From positions 1 to 64,000 of the forward strand of contig JAHQWH010000155.1 in the NCBI GenBank assembly GCA_029856105.1: a stretch of DNA of 64,000 nucleotides, in the 5' to 3' direction. Below, one piece after another: positions 50,223-60,779 of this stretch (positions are counted from its first letter, which is position 1; each line of letters begins with the position of its first letter). The notes under the pieces are model-generated. The model was not told the DNA's origin. It saw nothing but the letters and a program-made list of their open reading frames with translations, and ran no database searches. The position numbers and the translations under genes are program-made. Source of the stretch: Promethearchaeia archaeon. GTDB taxonomy: Archaea > Asgardarchaeota > Lokiarchaeia > Sigyniarchaeales > SOKP01.

Positions 50223-51353
50223 ATGATTATGAGTTTAAACAACGAAAACATAGACCTGTATCGAAAATTACAGGAGCATCTTGATAAAATGCCATTAGGC
50301 TTTCCTTCAACAAAATCAGGATCTGATATTAAGTTATTAAAACGTCTATTCGCGCCCCAAGAAGCTAAAATTGCTACATTTTTAAAGTTTGGATGGGAGA
50401 GAGACCTTGAACCTTTATATACCATTTACGAACGTGCGAAAGAGACTGGAATCTCAAAAGAAGAATTAGAACAAGCTTTAGATAAAATGGTTCAAAAAGG
50501 ACTTCTTATGTTTAAAAGGAAGGCAGAAGAGAAATATTACGGTAATGCTTTACTCATGATTGGAATGTTTGAGTTCCAAGTAAACAAGCTCACAAAGGAA
50601 TTTATAGAAGATTTTCACGATTATTTTGGTAAAAAATGGCTTGCGGAAACTATAAAAGTGAAGGGTGCTCAATTACGGGTAATTCCAGTTGAGCAAAGTA
50701 TAGAATCCGGTCATAATGTTAGTACTTACGATGATGTCATAAAGCTTCTTGATACAACCGATGGACCATACATGGTAACTAATTGTCTTTGCAGGCAAAT
50801 AAAGGACATCTTAGAACAACCTTGTAAAGCGACTTCTAGGAGAGAATTATGTTTAGCTTTTGGATTTGCAGCAGAACTATATATAGAACAAGGATGGGGG
50901 CGTTCTATAAGTAAAGATGAAGTTCTTGAAATTCTACGAAAAAATGAGGAAGAAGGATTAGTGCTTCAACCTGACAACTCACAAAATTTAACAGTTATTT
51001 GTAGCTGCTGTAGTTGCTGTTGTGAAGGCTTATCAAAAATTAAATTATTACCAAATCCCGGAGATTTTACAATAACTAACTTTTACGCTGATGTGGAACC
51101 TGATCTATGCTCAGGTTGTGGAACTTGCGTTGAGATTTGCCCAATGGAGGCAATAACGCTCATTGATGATATATCCTCGATCGAGCGGAAACGTTGTATA
51201 GGATGTGGAAATTGTGTTATTAAATGTCCCTCTGAAGCAATTAAACTCCATAAAAGAAAAAGACAATTTATTCCATATCCGACAATGGATGATTTATTCG
51301 ATAAAATAATGGAAAGAAAAGTAAAACTTAAAGAAAAAGCTTTAGAAAGATAA
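50223..51353 (+). CDS. 4Fe-4S dicluster protein with N-terminal helical/HTH-like region
   Basis: CLCR, ICSCCSCCC, two CxxCxxCxxxCP motifs. Confidence 0.85.
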   Translation: MIMSLNNENIDLYRKLQEHLDKMPLGFPSTKSGSDIKLLKRLFAPQEAKIATFLKFGWERDLEPLYTIYERAKETGISKEELEQALDKMVQKGLLMFKRKAEEKYYGNALLMIGMFEFQVNKLTKEFIEDFHDYFGKKWLAETIKVKGAQLRVIPVEQSIESGHNVSTYDDVIKLLDTTDGPYMVTNCLCRQIKDILEQPCKATSRRELCLAFGFAAELYIEQGWGRSISKDEVLEILRKNEEEGLVLQPDNSQNLTVICSCCSCCCEGLSKIKLLPNPGDFTITNFYADVEPDLCSGCGTCVEICPMEAITLIDDISSIERKRCIGCGNCVIKCPSEAIKLHKRKRQFIPYPTMDDLFDKIMERKVKLKEKALER

Positions 51354-51414
51354 GTAATTTTATATAAAATAAAATTTCTATGTTTTCTTAAAAATATTTA
51401 AGTTCAATTATTTT

Positions 51415-51978
51415 TTATTTCTTTTTTAATATTATGTAAAGAGAATCATCATCATGTGTTTCTTTATATGTTTTAATCTCTACTATTTCATAATCATTTT
51501 CAACTAAATTTATTAAAGATTCTTTAGAATAATATACAAAAAGCAAATCTCCATATCTCTCCTCTTTATCTCCCCTCCATAATGAATGGAAAAGAATTCC
51601 ATTTTCATTAAGCAAATCTTTTTGTTTTTTTAACGATGTTTTAAATTCACTTTTAGTAAGATGTTGAAGAACTTTATTGGAATATATACAATCAAAACTT
51701 CTATTTGTATCTAATTCTCTAGCATCTAATACAAAAACATCTGCATCTTCATGCTTTTTCTTATATAAATCGACAAAGAGAGATGAAATATCTGTTCCAG
51801 TTTCTTTAAAAATTTCGCTTAGAATATCTAAATCTTTTCCCTCTCCCATTCCTAGCTCTAACACTGTTGATCCCGCAGGGAGATGAGTTTTTAAAATTTC
51901 AATTAATTCTTTCCCTTCATAACCCTCAGACATCTTGATATATTCCCTTATATTTTTTTCGTCATCCCAATATCCCAC
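51415..51978 (-). CDS. Class I SAM-dependent methyltransferase
   Basis: VLELGMGEG, FDCIYSNKVL.HL. Confidence 0.85.
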   Translation of the reverse strand: MGYWDDEKNIREYIKMSEGYEGKELIEILKTHLPAGSTVLELGMGEGKDLDILSEIFKETGTDISSLFVDLYKKKHEDADVFVLDARELDTNRSFDCIYSNKVLQHLTKSEFKTSLKKQKDLLNENGILFHSLWRGDKEERYGDLLFVYYSKESLINLVENDYEIVEIKTYKETHDDDSLYIILKKK

Positions 51979-52108
51979 AAAAAATCATCCCTTTGAACAA
52001 ATAATAATCTAATACATATTAAAAATATAATTCTTAAATATGAGAATAAATGTTTAAAAACAGTTAAGTTCAATTATAGTATGTATTTGTATTAAATTTT
52101 AATGTGAT

Positions 52109-53254
52109 ATTAATATATATTCAAAACCAAAAAAAATAGGTCCAATAGAGATTAAAAATCGATTTGTAAGATCGGCTACATTTGAAGGAATGGCAACTGA
52201 AGATGGTTATGTTACTGATCAGCACATCGAACTTTATAAAACTTTAGCTAAAGGAGGAGTAGGTTTAATAATTACGGGTTATGCATATGTTCAAGAGAGT
52301 GGTAAAGCATTCGAAAAACAAACTGGAGTTAGTAGAGATGATTATATACCGGGTTTAAGTAGAATTGCTGAAACAGTTCATAAAAATGGAGATAATTGCA
52401 AAGTTGCTTTACAAATTGCACATTGTGGACATCAATCTCGTTATCTTGAAAATACAATAGCCCCTTCTGCTCAGGAGGAAAAGTTAACCAGAAAGATACC
52501 GCGCGAAATGACTAGAGAAGAAATAAGAGATACTATTGATGCTTTCTCCCAAGCGATCAGAAGAGCAAAAGAAGCTGGTTTCGACGCTGTGCAGTTACAT
52601 GGAGCTCATGGATATATCATAACTCAATTTCTTTCTCCTTATATAAACAAAAGAACGGATGATTATGGGGGAAGCATAGAGAATAGAACTAGGTTCCTTG
52701 AAGAAATTTACAATAAAAGTGTTGAGTTGGTTGGAAAGGAATTTCCAATCTTTATAAAAATGAATGGTGTTGATTTTATAGAGGGAGGAACTACTATAAG
52801 TGAATCTACTGAGGTTGCTAAAAGGTTAGAAAATATAGGGTATGCCGCAATTGAAGTCAGTGCAGGAATATGGGAAGTTGCAAAATTAAAAAAGAAAGAT
52901 CTTGGTTGGAAATCAACATTTTTACCAGAAAGTCGAATCTTTATTGGAACGATGAATGAACCTGCTTATAATCTAGCTTATGCAAAAGAATTCAAGAAAG
53001 TTCTTGATATACCCGTTATTCTAATTGGAGGTATTAACTCCCTCGATCTAGTAGAACAAATATTATCTAATGAAAGTGCTGACTTCGTGTCATTTTCTAG
53101 ACCCTTAATCCGAGAACCAGATCTTCCTAATAGATGGATGAAAGGTATTGGAAACCAAAAAGTAGATTGTATATTCTGCAATGGTTGTTTAGCTACGACA
53201 GTTACTCCAGGCTTACGATGTGCTAAATTACATGAGTCTAGTGCAGGTAATTAA
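52109..53254 (+). CDS. NADH:flavin oxidoreductase (Old Yellow Enzyme family); true start upstream of the ATG at 52190
   Basis: In-frame KIGPIEIKNRFVRSATFEG before M52190; QIAH, HGAHGY, FLSP..NKRTDDYGGS, SRPLIREPDL. Confidence 0.88.
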   Translation: MNIYSKPKKIGPIEIKNRFVRSATFEGMATEDGYVTDQHIELYKTLAKGGVGLIITGYAYVQESGKAFEKQTGVSRDDYIPGLSRIAETVHKNGDNCKVALQIAHCGHQSRYLENTIAPSAQEEKLTRKIPREMTREEIRDTIDAFSQAIRRAKEAGFDAVQLHGAHGYIITQFLSPYINKRTDDYGGSIENRTRFLEEIYNKSVELVGKEFPIFIKMNGVDFIEGGTTISESTEVAKRLENIGYAAIEVSAGIWEVAKLKKKDLGWKSTFLPESRIFIGTMNEPAYNLAYAKEFKKVLDIPVILIGGINSLDLVEQILSNESADFVSFSRPLIREPDLPNRWMKGIGNQKVDCIFCNGCLATTVTPGLRCAKLHESSAGN

Positions 53255-53283
53255 TTAAAATCCGTAAAAATGGTAGAAGAAAT

Positions 53284-54051
53284 ATGAGTAAATACGAAAA
53301 AACAGATGAGAAACTAAACAAATATCTTCGGTTAGCTACTTTCCCCGTTGCCGTAAAATTACTACAGAATCCCGAAGAATTAAATGGTATTAAATTTTTA
53401 AAAAAAACCGAAAAAAAAATTGCGCTTTGTCAAATATTCAGTTATGCGAGGTATTACGGATGGACAATGGGGTGTGTAAAGGAGGATAATTTATGTCCAC
53501 TAGCCGAAATAAGTCTCGGATTTGAAAAATCAAATAAACTTTTCGAAGAGGGTGCTTTTTTTGTAGGAAGATACAATGAGACAAAAGAAGCGGCTAAGAA
53601 AACCACTGCTACAATGCCTAAATTACCATTTGGCCAATATTCTGCGGTTGTTTCTGGCGCTTTAAGTCGCGTTGATTTTGATCCCGATTTGATTCTAATT
53701 TGGGGGAATTCTGCCCAGATTATGAGAATAATCCAGGGATCTTTGTGGAAAAAAGGAGGGAGGGTTTCAATGTCAACTTTTTGTGATGGAGTTTGTGCAG
53801 ATACTATTTCAAATGCCATTCTTACGGGTGAACTACAAGTTGCATTTCCATGTCTTGGCGATCGCCGTTTTGGTATGGCAACTGATACGGATTTAATTGC
53901 CTCAATACCTATGGGAATTGTTGAAGAAATAATAGAAGGTATGGAAAAAACCCACAGAGCCGGAACTAGATACCCTGTACCTTTTCAATTATCTACTCCT
54001 GAATTTTTTGTAAAACTAAAAAAACAATTAGATAAAGCTAAGAAAAACTAA
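53284..54051 (+). CDS. DUF169-family protein
   Basis: PVAVK, LCQ...AR, CP, C.G.C, PCLGDR. Confidence 0.8.
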   Translation: MSKYEKTDEKLNKYLRLATFPVAVKLLQNPEELNGIKFLKKTEKKIALCQIFSYARYYGWTMGCVKEDNLCPLAEISLGFEKSNKLFEEGAFFVGRYNETKEAAKKTTATMPKLPFGQYSAVVSGALSRVDFDPDLILIWGNSAQIMRIIQGSLWKKGGRVSMSTFCDGVCADTISNAILTGELQVAFPCLGDRRFGMATDTDLIASIPMGIVEEIIEGMEKTHRAGTRYPVPFQLSTPEFFVKLKKQLDKAKKN

Positions 54052-54156
54052 AAAAGAAATCAATTTTGCAAAAATCAGATATAAATTATAAGATTTTTAA
54101 CTGAACATTTATTTATCCTAAATATTATATAAAATTCTTATAAAAATTAGATTATT

Positions 54157-54897
54157 ATGACAATTCAAGCCCTTGATATTACTAATGGTATTGTTCTCAT
54201 AATTTTTTGCGCTCTTAATATTTATGTAGGTACTAGAATATCTTTGAAATATTTTAAATATAAACAGAGAGAATTATTATTGGTTGGCTTAGTATGGATA
54301 TTTTTGACTTGTCCATGGTATCCTGCGTCTATCTCATTTATATTATACCTTTTAACTGGAAATTCTTTAACGAATATTCCTTATTTTATAATCGGAAATA
54401 TTTTTATACCGATAGCGGTCATTTTTTGGATGATTACCTTAAAATATTTTATATTTAAAGAGAGAAAGAAGTTAATAATGATATTGTCAGGTGTTTATGG
54501 ATTAATTTTTTATATAATATTTTTTCTTCTATTAGGTATTAATCCTAATCTGATAGGTCAATTGAAAGGATTAACTGATGTTCAATATGGCATGTTTATT
54601 GTGGTTTATGTTCTTTCAATCTTAATAATATTAATGGGGACTGGATTTTTATTTACTCGAGAATCATTAAAGTCAGAAGATCTCGAAATTCGATTAAAAG
54701 GTAAACTAATATTTATTGCTTTTATCCTATTTACTATAGGTAGTGGTTTAGATACTTCAATTCCGTTAAATTTTGTGACTCTTCCGATAATTCGAGGGTT
54801 TGAGATAGCAAGTGCTATAGTATTTTACTTTGGCTTTTTTTTACCGAAATGGTTTAAGAATTTTATAAAAAAAGAAGGATCTCTAAAAGAAGATTAA
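54157..54897 (+). CDS. Seven-TM membrane protein of unknown function
   Basis: Seven hydrophobic segments, RLKGK loop, YFGFFLPKW end. Confidence 0.7.
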   Translation: MTIQALDITNGIVLIIFCALNIYVGTRISLKYFKYKQRELLLVGLVWIFLTCPWYPASISFILYLLTGNSLTNIPYFIIGNIFIPIAVIFWMITLKYFIFKERKKLIMILSGVYGLIFYIIFFLLLGINPNLIGQLKGLTDVQYGMFIVVYVLSILIILMGTGFLFTRESLKSEDLEIRLKGKLIFIAFILFTIGSGLDTSIPLNFVTLPIIRGFEIASAIVFYFGFFLPKWFKNFIKKEGSLKED

Positions 54898-55042
54898 TTA
54901 TTTAACTATCTATTTTTAATATGATTCGGGGTATTTTTTTTTACATTTATTATTAAAATAGATTTTTATTAGGAGTATTTTTAATTTAAGAAAAATTGTT
55001 CCTAAATATTGTATTAATCTCTAAAATTCAATATTCTATGAA

Positions 55043-55918
55043 GTGAGGAGATCAAAAATTCGAAAAAGTAAATTAATAACCTTAGATGATGCAATTTCTA
55101 CTTACGTTCAAGATGGTGATCTAGTTGGTTTTGGGGGACTTTCGTTTTGGAGAAAACCGATAGAAGCATGTAGAGAGATAATTAGACAAGACAAAAAGGA
55201 CTTATCTCTTTGCACTTTTGTTGGAGGGATCGAAATTGATATGCTTGTAGCTGCAGGTTGTGCGTCTCAAGTGAGAGCCTGTTTCGTAGGAATGGAAATT
55301 TTTGGTATGGCTCCAAATTATAGGAAAGCTGTTGAGTCCGGATCAATAAAGATTTCTGAAGAAAGCGAAGCTTCTATTGCTTTAGGATTAAGAGCATCCT
55401 ATTTGAAAGTGCCTTTCATGCCTTTAAAAGGTATTATAGGAACTGATATGCCAAAAGTAAGGAATGATATTAAACAATTTAAAGATCCCTTGGGCTCAGA
55501 TACAGAGTTAATGGCATTGCCCAAAATAGATTTGGATGTGGCTATCTTACACGTTCCTTATGCAGATGAATATGGAAATGGAAATATTGCTGGAGCTGTT
55601 TGGATGGATGACGATATGGCAAAAACCGCTAAAAAAACGATTATAATAACGGAAAAATTAGTCGAAACAGAGGATATTAGGTATTTACCAGGGAAAGCGC
55701 AATTACCAATGCAAACAACAACCGCGGTAGTTAAGATCCCTTACGGGGCACACCCTACAAGTTGTTATCCCTTCTATACATTCGATCCTCTTCACATTCA
55801 AGCATATTTAAAAGCAGATTTTAAAAATTATAAAGAGAAATTTATTTCTGGAAAAAATTCCGTTCAGTATTTAGAGGAAGCTGGAGGAGTTCAAACTATT
55901 TTAAATATATTATTATAG
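55043..55918 (+). CDS. CoA-transferase alpha subunit (glutaconate CoA-transferase-like)
   Basis: DGDLVGFGG, REIIRQ, PFMP, DEYGN, PYGAHPTS; start may be ATT at 55058. Confidence 0.9.
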   Translation: MRRSKIRKSKLITLDDAISTYVQDGDLVGFGGLSFWRKPIEACREIIRQDKKDLSLCTFVGGIEIDMLVAAGCASQVRACFVGMEIFGMAPNYRKAVESGSIKISEESEASIALGLRASYLKVPFMPLKGIIGTDMPKVRNDIKQFKDPLGSDTELMALPKIDLDVAILHVPYADEYGNGNIAGAVWMDDDMAKTAKKTIIITEKLVETEDIRYLPGKAQLPMQTTTAVVKIPYGAHPTSCYPFYTFDPLHIQAYLKADFKNYKEKFISGKNSVQYLEEAGGVQTILNILL

Positions 55919-55929
55919 GAGGTAAAAGT

Positions 55930-56814
55930 ATGACTGAATTTTCAAAAGAGTATACTATAGATGAATTAATGACAGTTTTAATGGCGAGAGAAGTCAGAAA
56001 TGATGATGTTATGATCGTAGGGGTGGCAACACCCATGGTCTGGGCAGCTTTTACTCTAGCAAAATTAACACATGCCCCTGATGCAATTTATCATTATATT
56101 ATGGGAAATACTTTTGTTATAGAACCACGACAGGTTTCTCTTCTTTATTTAGAAATGAATACAGCACGAGCGTATAGATTCCAAAATTCTGTTGAATGTA
56201 CCTTGGAGTCACTTCCTTCCGAAAAATTGACGACCATAGAATTTTTTCGACCCGCTCAAATAGACCAATTTGGAAATTCTAATAATGTATGTATAGGAGA
56301 TTGGAAAAGTCCGAAAATAAGGCTACCTGGGGCCGCAGGAATTTTAGATTTTAGTATGTTCTACAAAAGAGGATCTTTTTTATATACACCCCGACACGAT
56401 TCAAGAACTTTTGTTTCAACAGAAAGGCTCTTCTTCATCTCCGGAGTAGGATTCCCTGAAGGAAAACCATCGATATGTGGAGGATCTGGTCCTCAATGCG
56501 TCATAACTAATCTAGCATATTTAGATTTTGATGGAAAAAGCAAAAGAATGAGGTTGGCATCAATTCATCCAGGTGTCGTTATAGATACCGTTAAAGACTC
56601 AACAGGATTTGATTTGATTATTCCGAATGATTTAAAAGAAACAAAACCTCCTACCGTTAAAGAAATAGACCTATTAAGAGAGAATGTTGATCCTTTAAAG
56701 ATAAGAAAATTAGAAGTTCTTTCAGGCAATGAACGAGAAGAGCTATTAGATGAAATAATTCAAAAAGAATTAGCAAAGGAAAATAAGTTTCCAAAACTGT
56801 TAAAATGTAATTAA
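55930..56814 (+). CDS. CoA-transferase beta subunit
   Basis: AQIDQFGNSN, RLPGAAG, ITNL, HPGV, TGFDL. Confidence 0.9.
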   Translation: MTEFSKEYTIDELMTVLMAREVRNDDVMIVGVATPMVWAAFTLAKLTHAPDAIYHYIMGNTFVIEPRQVSLLYLEMNTARAYRFQNSVECTLESLPSEKLTTIEFFRPAQIDQFGNSNNVCIGDWKSPKIRLPGAAGILDFSMFYKRGSFLYTPRHDSRTFVSTERLFFISGVGFPEGKPSICGGSGPQCVITNLAYLDFDGKSKRMRLASIHPGVVIDTVKDSTGFDLIIPNDLKETKPPTVKEIDLLRENVDPLKIRKLEVLSGNEREELLDEIIQKELAKENKFPKLLKCN

Positions 56815-56836
56815 TAAGTATTAATGTGAATTTCTT

Positions 56837-57625
56837 ATGGATGAAAAAAATCAAAAAAATCAAACTATAGAGCTAATTAAGAATAGAAGAACGATTCGCA
56901 CATATGATCCAAAACCACTAACTCAAGATGAGATTGATGCAATCGTTCAAGGCGCAATGAGGGCTCCTACAGCCGGAAATCTGATGATGTATTCGATTAT
57001 TCAAGTAAGTGATCAAAAATTAAAAGATAAATTAGTAAAAACTTGCGATAATCAACCCCTTATAGCTAAAGCGCCGTTGGTCCTATTGTTTTTAGCGGAC
57101 ATGCAAAGATGGTGGGATTTCTTTAGAGTTAGCAATGTCAAGGAAAAATGCAATGAAATAGGTAGGGAGTTCCAAACGCCTCAAGAGTCTGATTTACTTC
57201 TCGCTTGTTGCGATGCATTAATTGCTGCCCAAAATTCTGTAATTACCGCTGAAGCTTTAGATATTGGTTCGTGCTATATTGGAGATATAATGGAGAACTA
57301 TGAAATTCACCGTGAGATGTTTAACCTTCCCAAATGGGTGTTTCCTATAACTTTGTTATGTTATGGACGCCCCAAAGGAGATAAAAACAAAATTCCTCTT
57401 TTAACACGCTTTCCTAAAAAATATATCCAGTTTACAAACCAGTATTCAAGGTTATCTATGAATGATTTCAACAATATGCTTGAAAATGACCCGAGAAAAA
57501 TAGTAGTTAAAGAAGCAGAAAATATGGGACAACAGCTATATCTTGGTAAACTAGGAGCAGAATTTACGGTGGAAATGCGTCGTTCTGTTAAGGTTGCACT
57601 CAAAGAATGGCTTAGAAAAGACTAG
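56837..57625 (+). CDS. Nitroreductase (NfsA-like)
   Basis: RRTIRTY, APTAGN, DALIAAQN, GSCYIG. Confidence 0.9.
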   Translation: MDEKNQKNQTIELIKNRRTIRTYDPKPLTQDEIDAIVQGAMRAPTAGNLMMYSIIQVSDQKLKDKLVKTCDNQPLIAKAPLVLLFLADMQRWWDFFRVSNVKEKCNEIGREFQTPQESDLLLACCDALIAAQNSVITAEALDIGSCYIGDIMENYEIHREMFNLPKWVFPITLLCYGRPKGDKNKIPLLTRFPKKYIQFTNQYSRLSMNDFNNMLENDPRKIVVKEAENMGQQLYLGKLGAEFTVEMRRSVKVALKEWLRKD

Positions 57626-57663
57626 GAATTAATAATTAATGAAAAAAAAATTATGAGACTAAA

Positions 57664-59163
57664 CTAAATAATATCATCCCAAGCAGCTCGTTCTTTATCG
57701 AGAAATTTTTCAGCTACTTTAAATTCCTTACCTATTAGCATTGTCGATCTTTTCTCAATATCGTAAGCGGGCCATTTAGGAATGCCATCGTGGTTAGGAT
57801 TTCCAGTACGAGCAAATGCAATCCAAGCATCCATTATTTTGTTGCTAATGGCTTCAGTTTCAGGATTATTACCGGCAAAATCCGCCATACCAGGAACATC
57901 AAGCGAATTAAAAACGAATGGTATTTCGAGAGCGTGACAAGCTCCTAATTTTCCATCGAATACGGGGGATGACCAAGTAAACAAGTAATTGTATGTATTA
58001 ACCTGATGCGTACTCTGCGCTTCAAGCAATTTAATCGTTGAAATGCGAAAAATATAATCGGTCATAAGAGCGTTCATTATCTCTTTAGGTTCTGTGGAAA
58101 ATTCACTTTCCCTCGCTTTTCTGTAAGTATCGATCATTACTTTGCTCTTATTCATATCAATGCCTAATCTGCTTAAAAATCCGACTAGGAGTTTTTCCCC
58201 CCCAGCATCACTCATTTTGCTTATTTCCGGACTAAGAGCTGTAAACAACTTAGCCTCATCCAAATTAGTGCCTATCATAAATTCAATATTCCCAAAATTA
58301 CCGTTTTGAAATGCTTTTAACGGATGTATGGGTAGTGTATCACCATCAATTAAAGGTCGAAAAGCAAGGAGATTGGTAGGGTCTTCTGCAAGAAGCTTGT
58401 TTTGTGCTTCAATAATTTTTTCGGGAGATATTTCACGCAAAGCATTAAGATCTCCTTTTTGAATTCCTAACATACGCATTAATCGTTTTGTAGGTTTCTT
58501 GGTTACCTTTGGATCAATAGCAGGGGCACTTTGAGCAATAACACGGCGAAAAAGTCCTTTAGTAGCTGGCATTGCGGGTAACGTAACAACTGCATAACCT
58601 CCAGCAGATTCACCAAAAATCGTAACATTAGAGGGATCACCACCAAATAATTCGATATTCTCCTGGACCCATTCTAGAGCTAAAATTTGATCAAGTTGTC
58701 CTACATTGGCAGTAACATCAGGAAGATATAGATAACCTAAAGCGCCTAACCGATAATTAATAGTAACCACTACAATATCCCCACGCTGTGCTAAGGTTGA
58801 ACCATTATACATAGGGTCGATCCCGCCTCCCATAATAAAAGCACCACCATGTATCCAGAACATTACTGGGCGTTTGTTATTATCTGCGGCGGGCGTCCAA
58901 ATATTAAGAGTTAAACAATCCTCACTTTCGGGTTTAAGTTTGCCAGTAAGTTCTTCGAGCTGAGTATATCCTTGAAAAGCACAATGTCCATATTTGGTAG
59001 TATCAAGCACATCATCCCAATTTCTTTTTGCAATGGGAGGAGTGAATCGTAGATCGCCTATAGGAGGCTCTCCATAAGGAATTCCTTTAAATATATCTAA
59101 TCCTTTTTCCTTATAACCTTGGATTTTACCAGATTTAGTTTTAATAACAACCATTTTATTCAT
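57664..59163 (-). CDS. Carboxylesterase type B (para-nitrobenzyl esterase-like)
   Basis: FKGIPY, SEDCLTLNIW, HGGAF, GESAG, NLDE, CHALE. Confidence 0.95.
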   Translation of the reverse strand: MNKMVVIKTKSGKIQGYKEKGLDIFKGIPYGEPPIGDLRFTPPIAKRNWDDVLDTTKYGHCAFQGYTQLEELTGKLKPESEDCLTLNIWTPAADNNKRPVMFWIHGGAFIMGGGIDPMYNGSTLAQRGDIVVVTINYRLGALGYLYLPDVTANVGQLDQILALEWVQENIELFGGDPSNVTIFGESAGGYAVVTLPAMPATKGLFRRVIAQSAPAIDPKVTKKPTKRLMRMLGIQKGDLNALREISPEKIIEAQNKLLAEDPTNLLAFRPLIDGDTLPIHPLKAFQNGNFGNIEFMIGTNLDEAKLFTALSPEISKMSDAGGEKLLVGFLSRLGIDMNKSKVMIDTYRKARESEFSTEPKEIMNALMTDYIFRISTIKLLEAQSTHQVNTYNYLFTWSSPVFDGKLGACHALEIPFVFNSLDVPGMADFAGNNPETEAISNKIMDAWIAFARTGNPNHDGIPKWPAYDIEKRSTMLIGKEFKVAEKFLDKERAAWDDII

Positions 59164-59282
59164 AATCTTTCATTATTTTTATTATAATTATTTTATATTA
59201 GTTGAAAAATAATAAAAATATGTTTTTTATGAAGTATCTTTTCTTAGAAGAAAAAAAAATCTTGAATTAACTAAGACTATTT

Positions 59283-60023
59283 TTAGCTAAAATTTCTGTT
59301 AGGAAATAATTCGATTTTACGTCCTTTATGTTTAAATAAAATCAAATCTTTTTTTTTTAATTTATCAATGTGATACTTCACTGTACTTCGATTTAAATGT
59401 AGTTGAAGAGCAATTGCACTGGAATTAATTCCAGGGTTCTTTTCAATTAAATCCAATACTTTTAAGGAAGTTTTAGATTTTCCAATAAGTAATCGGGAAT
59501 ATTGATTTTGATCTTTGGTCATCTTTATAGGAAAAAAAACGCTAAACTGTCCTACTTTTTCCTTTTTTATAATTCCATATTGCATTAACACATATAGATG
59601 CCATTGTAATTGTCCTTTTTGCAAATTACATTGGCGAAGGAGCTCATTATTATGAATCCCTGGTTCTTGAAGAATACTGGTGATTATTTTTTTGCGATTT
59701 TCATTTTCAAAGATATCGTTGTAAGATAAGATGTGGTGTCCTTTAGTTGAAAAATCTTTTCCTTTGAAATACATCTTATATTCTTTAACTGTTAACGAAA
59801 GAAAAACCGATATTAAACCTAAAATCAGAACAGAAATAAATGCTATAAATGCCCATTTGATGGTATTATCTTCTGAGAAGAAATTTTCTTCAATTATTGA
59901 TATATATATCTGATAATCAACGAACGATAGAAGAATAATGAGTAATAGTACAAATCCTAATTTAAAATAAAAAGATATTTTGGTATGTTTAAATTTTTTA
60001 TCAAAATTACTCATAGTTTTCAA
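59283..60023 (-). CDS. Membrane-anchored double winged-HTH regulator
   Basis: Two N-terminal TM segments, then NENRKKI...PGI...LQWHL and NPGI...TVKYH. Confidence 0.75.
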   Translation of the reverse strand: MKTMSNFDKKFKHTKISFYFKLGFVLLLIILLSFVDYQIYISIIEENFFSEDNTIKWAFIAFISVLILGLISVFLSLTVKEYKMYFKGKDFSTKGHHILSYNDIFENENRKKIITSILQEPGIHNNELLRQCNLQKGQLQWHLYVLMQYGIIKKEKVGQFSVFFPIKMTKDQNQYSRLLIGKSKTSLKVLDLIEKNPGINSSAIALQLHLNRSTVKYHIDKLKKKDLILFKHKGRKIELFPNRNFS

Positions 60024-60064
60024 ATTTTCCCTTGATTACATATATGTAAAATTTACCGCTAGTT

Positions 60065-60661
60065 TTATGAACTTATCCTTTTTAGTTTATCTTTTTTTTT
60101 AAGTTTCAAAAAAGGAATCATAAAAGCCACCGTATTTTTGTATTCTAAATAATCTCCTTTATATTTCGATTTTAAGTATAAATCTTCAATTCCAGCTAAC
60201 AGAAGATAAGTTAACGCTTCAATAATCCAAATAGATACAACCCACGTTAACTCGTTACTTAATTCATGTATAAATGGAAAGACTGGACTTGTATTTAAGC
60301 ATATCATAGTAAGTCCAAAAGTCATAATAATTATTCCAAGATATTGTGGATGCCTTACATACTTATATGGTCCCTTTTGAATTAATCCCTTCCAATGAGT
60401 TAATTGATAAACTAAAGAAATTAAAAAGATCACCCCGCCTAACAAAGCTACATAAGTCCCAGGGTATCCAAAAAAGAATTTAAAATCAAATAAAAGAATA
60501 TCAGGATAGCTCAAAAAATTAATGAAATAAGAGATCAAAGGCAAACTCATTATTCCGAACCATATAGATGCACACGGGACAAACTGGAAAAATGGGATCA
60601 TCACAGCTGAAGAGTTTAATGCAATAGCTTTTATTTTATCAAAATACCGATTTAAATTCAT
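60065..60661 (-). CDS. PEMT/ICMT-family membrane methyltransferase
   Basis: GPYKYVRHPQYLG, ED..L..KY...Y..Y. Confidence 0.8.
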   Translation of the reverse strand: MNLNRYFDKIKAIALNSSAVMIPFFQFVPCASIWFGIMSLPLISYFINFLSYPDILLFDFKFFFGYPGTYVALLGGVIFLISLVYQLTHWKGLIQKGPYKYVRHPQYLGIIIMTFGLTMICLNTSPVFPFIHELSNELTWVVSIWIIEALTYLLLAGIEDLYLKSKYKGDYLEYKNTVAFMIPFLKLKKKDKLKRISS

Positions 60662-60779
60662 TTTATTTCTTCTTTTTTTATTATGTTTTTTTATAATTCT
60701 ATAACTAAAAAATTAGAAGAAATTTAGTTAAAAAAGGTTTGAGGTGCACTTTTTAAACATTTCTATAAATAAAAAAGAT

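Noticed and set aside
52081-52113. Possible second BHB intron linking ATG 52081 to the OYE frame
   Set aside because: A weak AU-rich fold can be drawn, but canonical cleavage leaves the product out of frame and there is no outer helix
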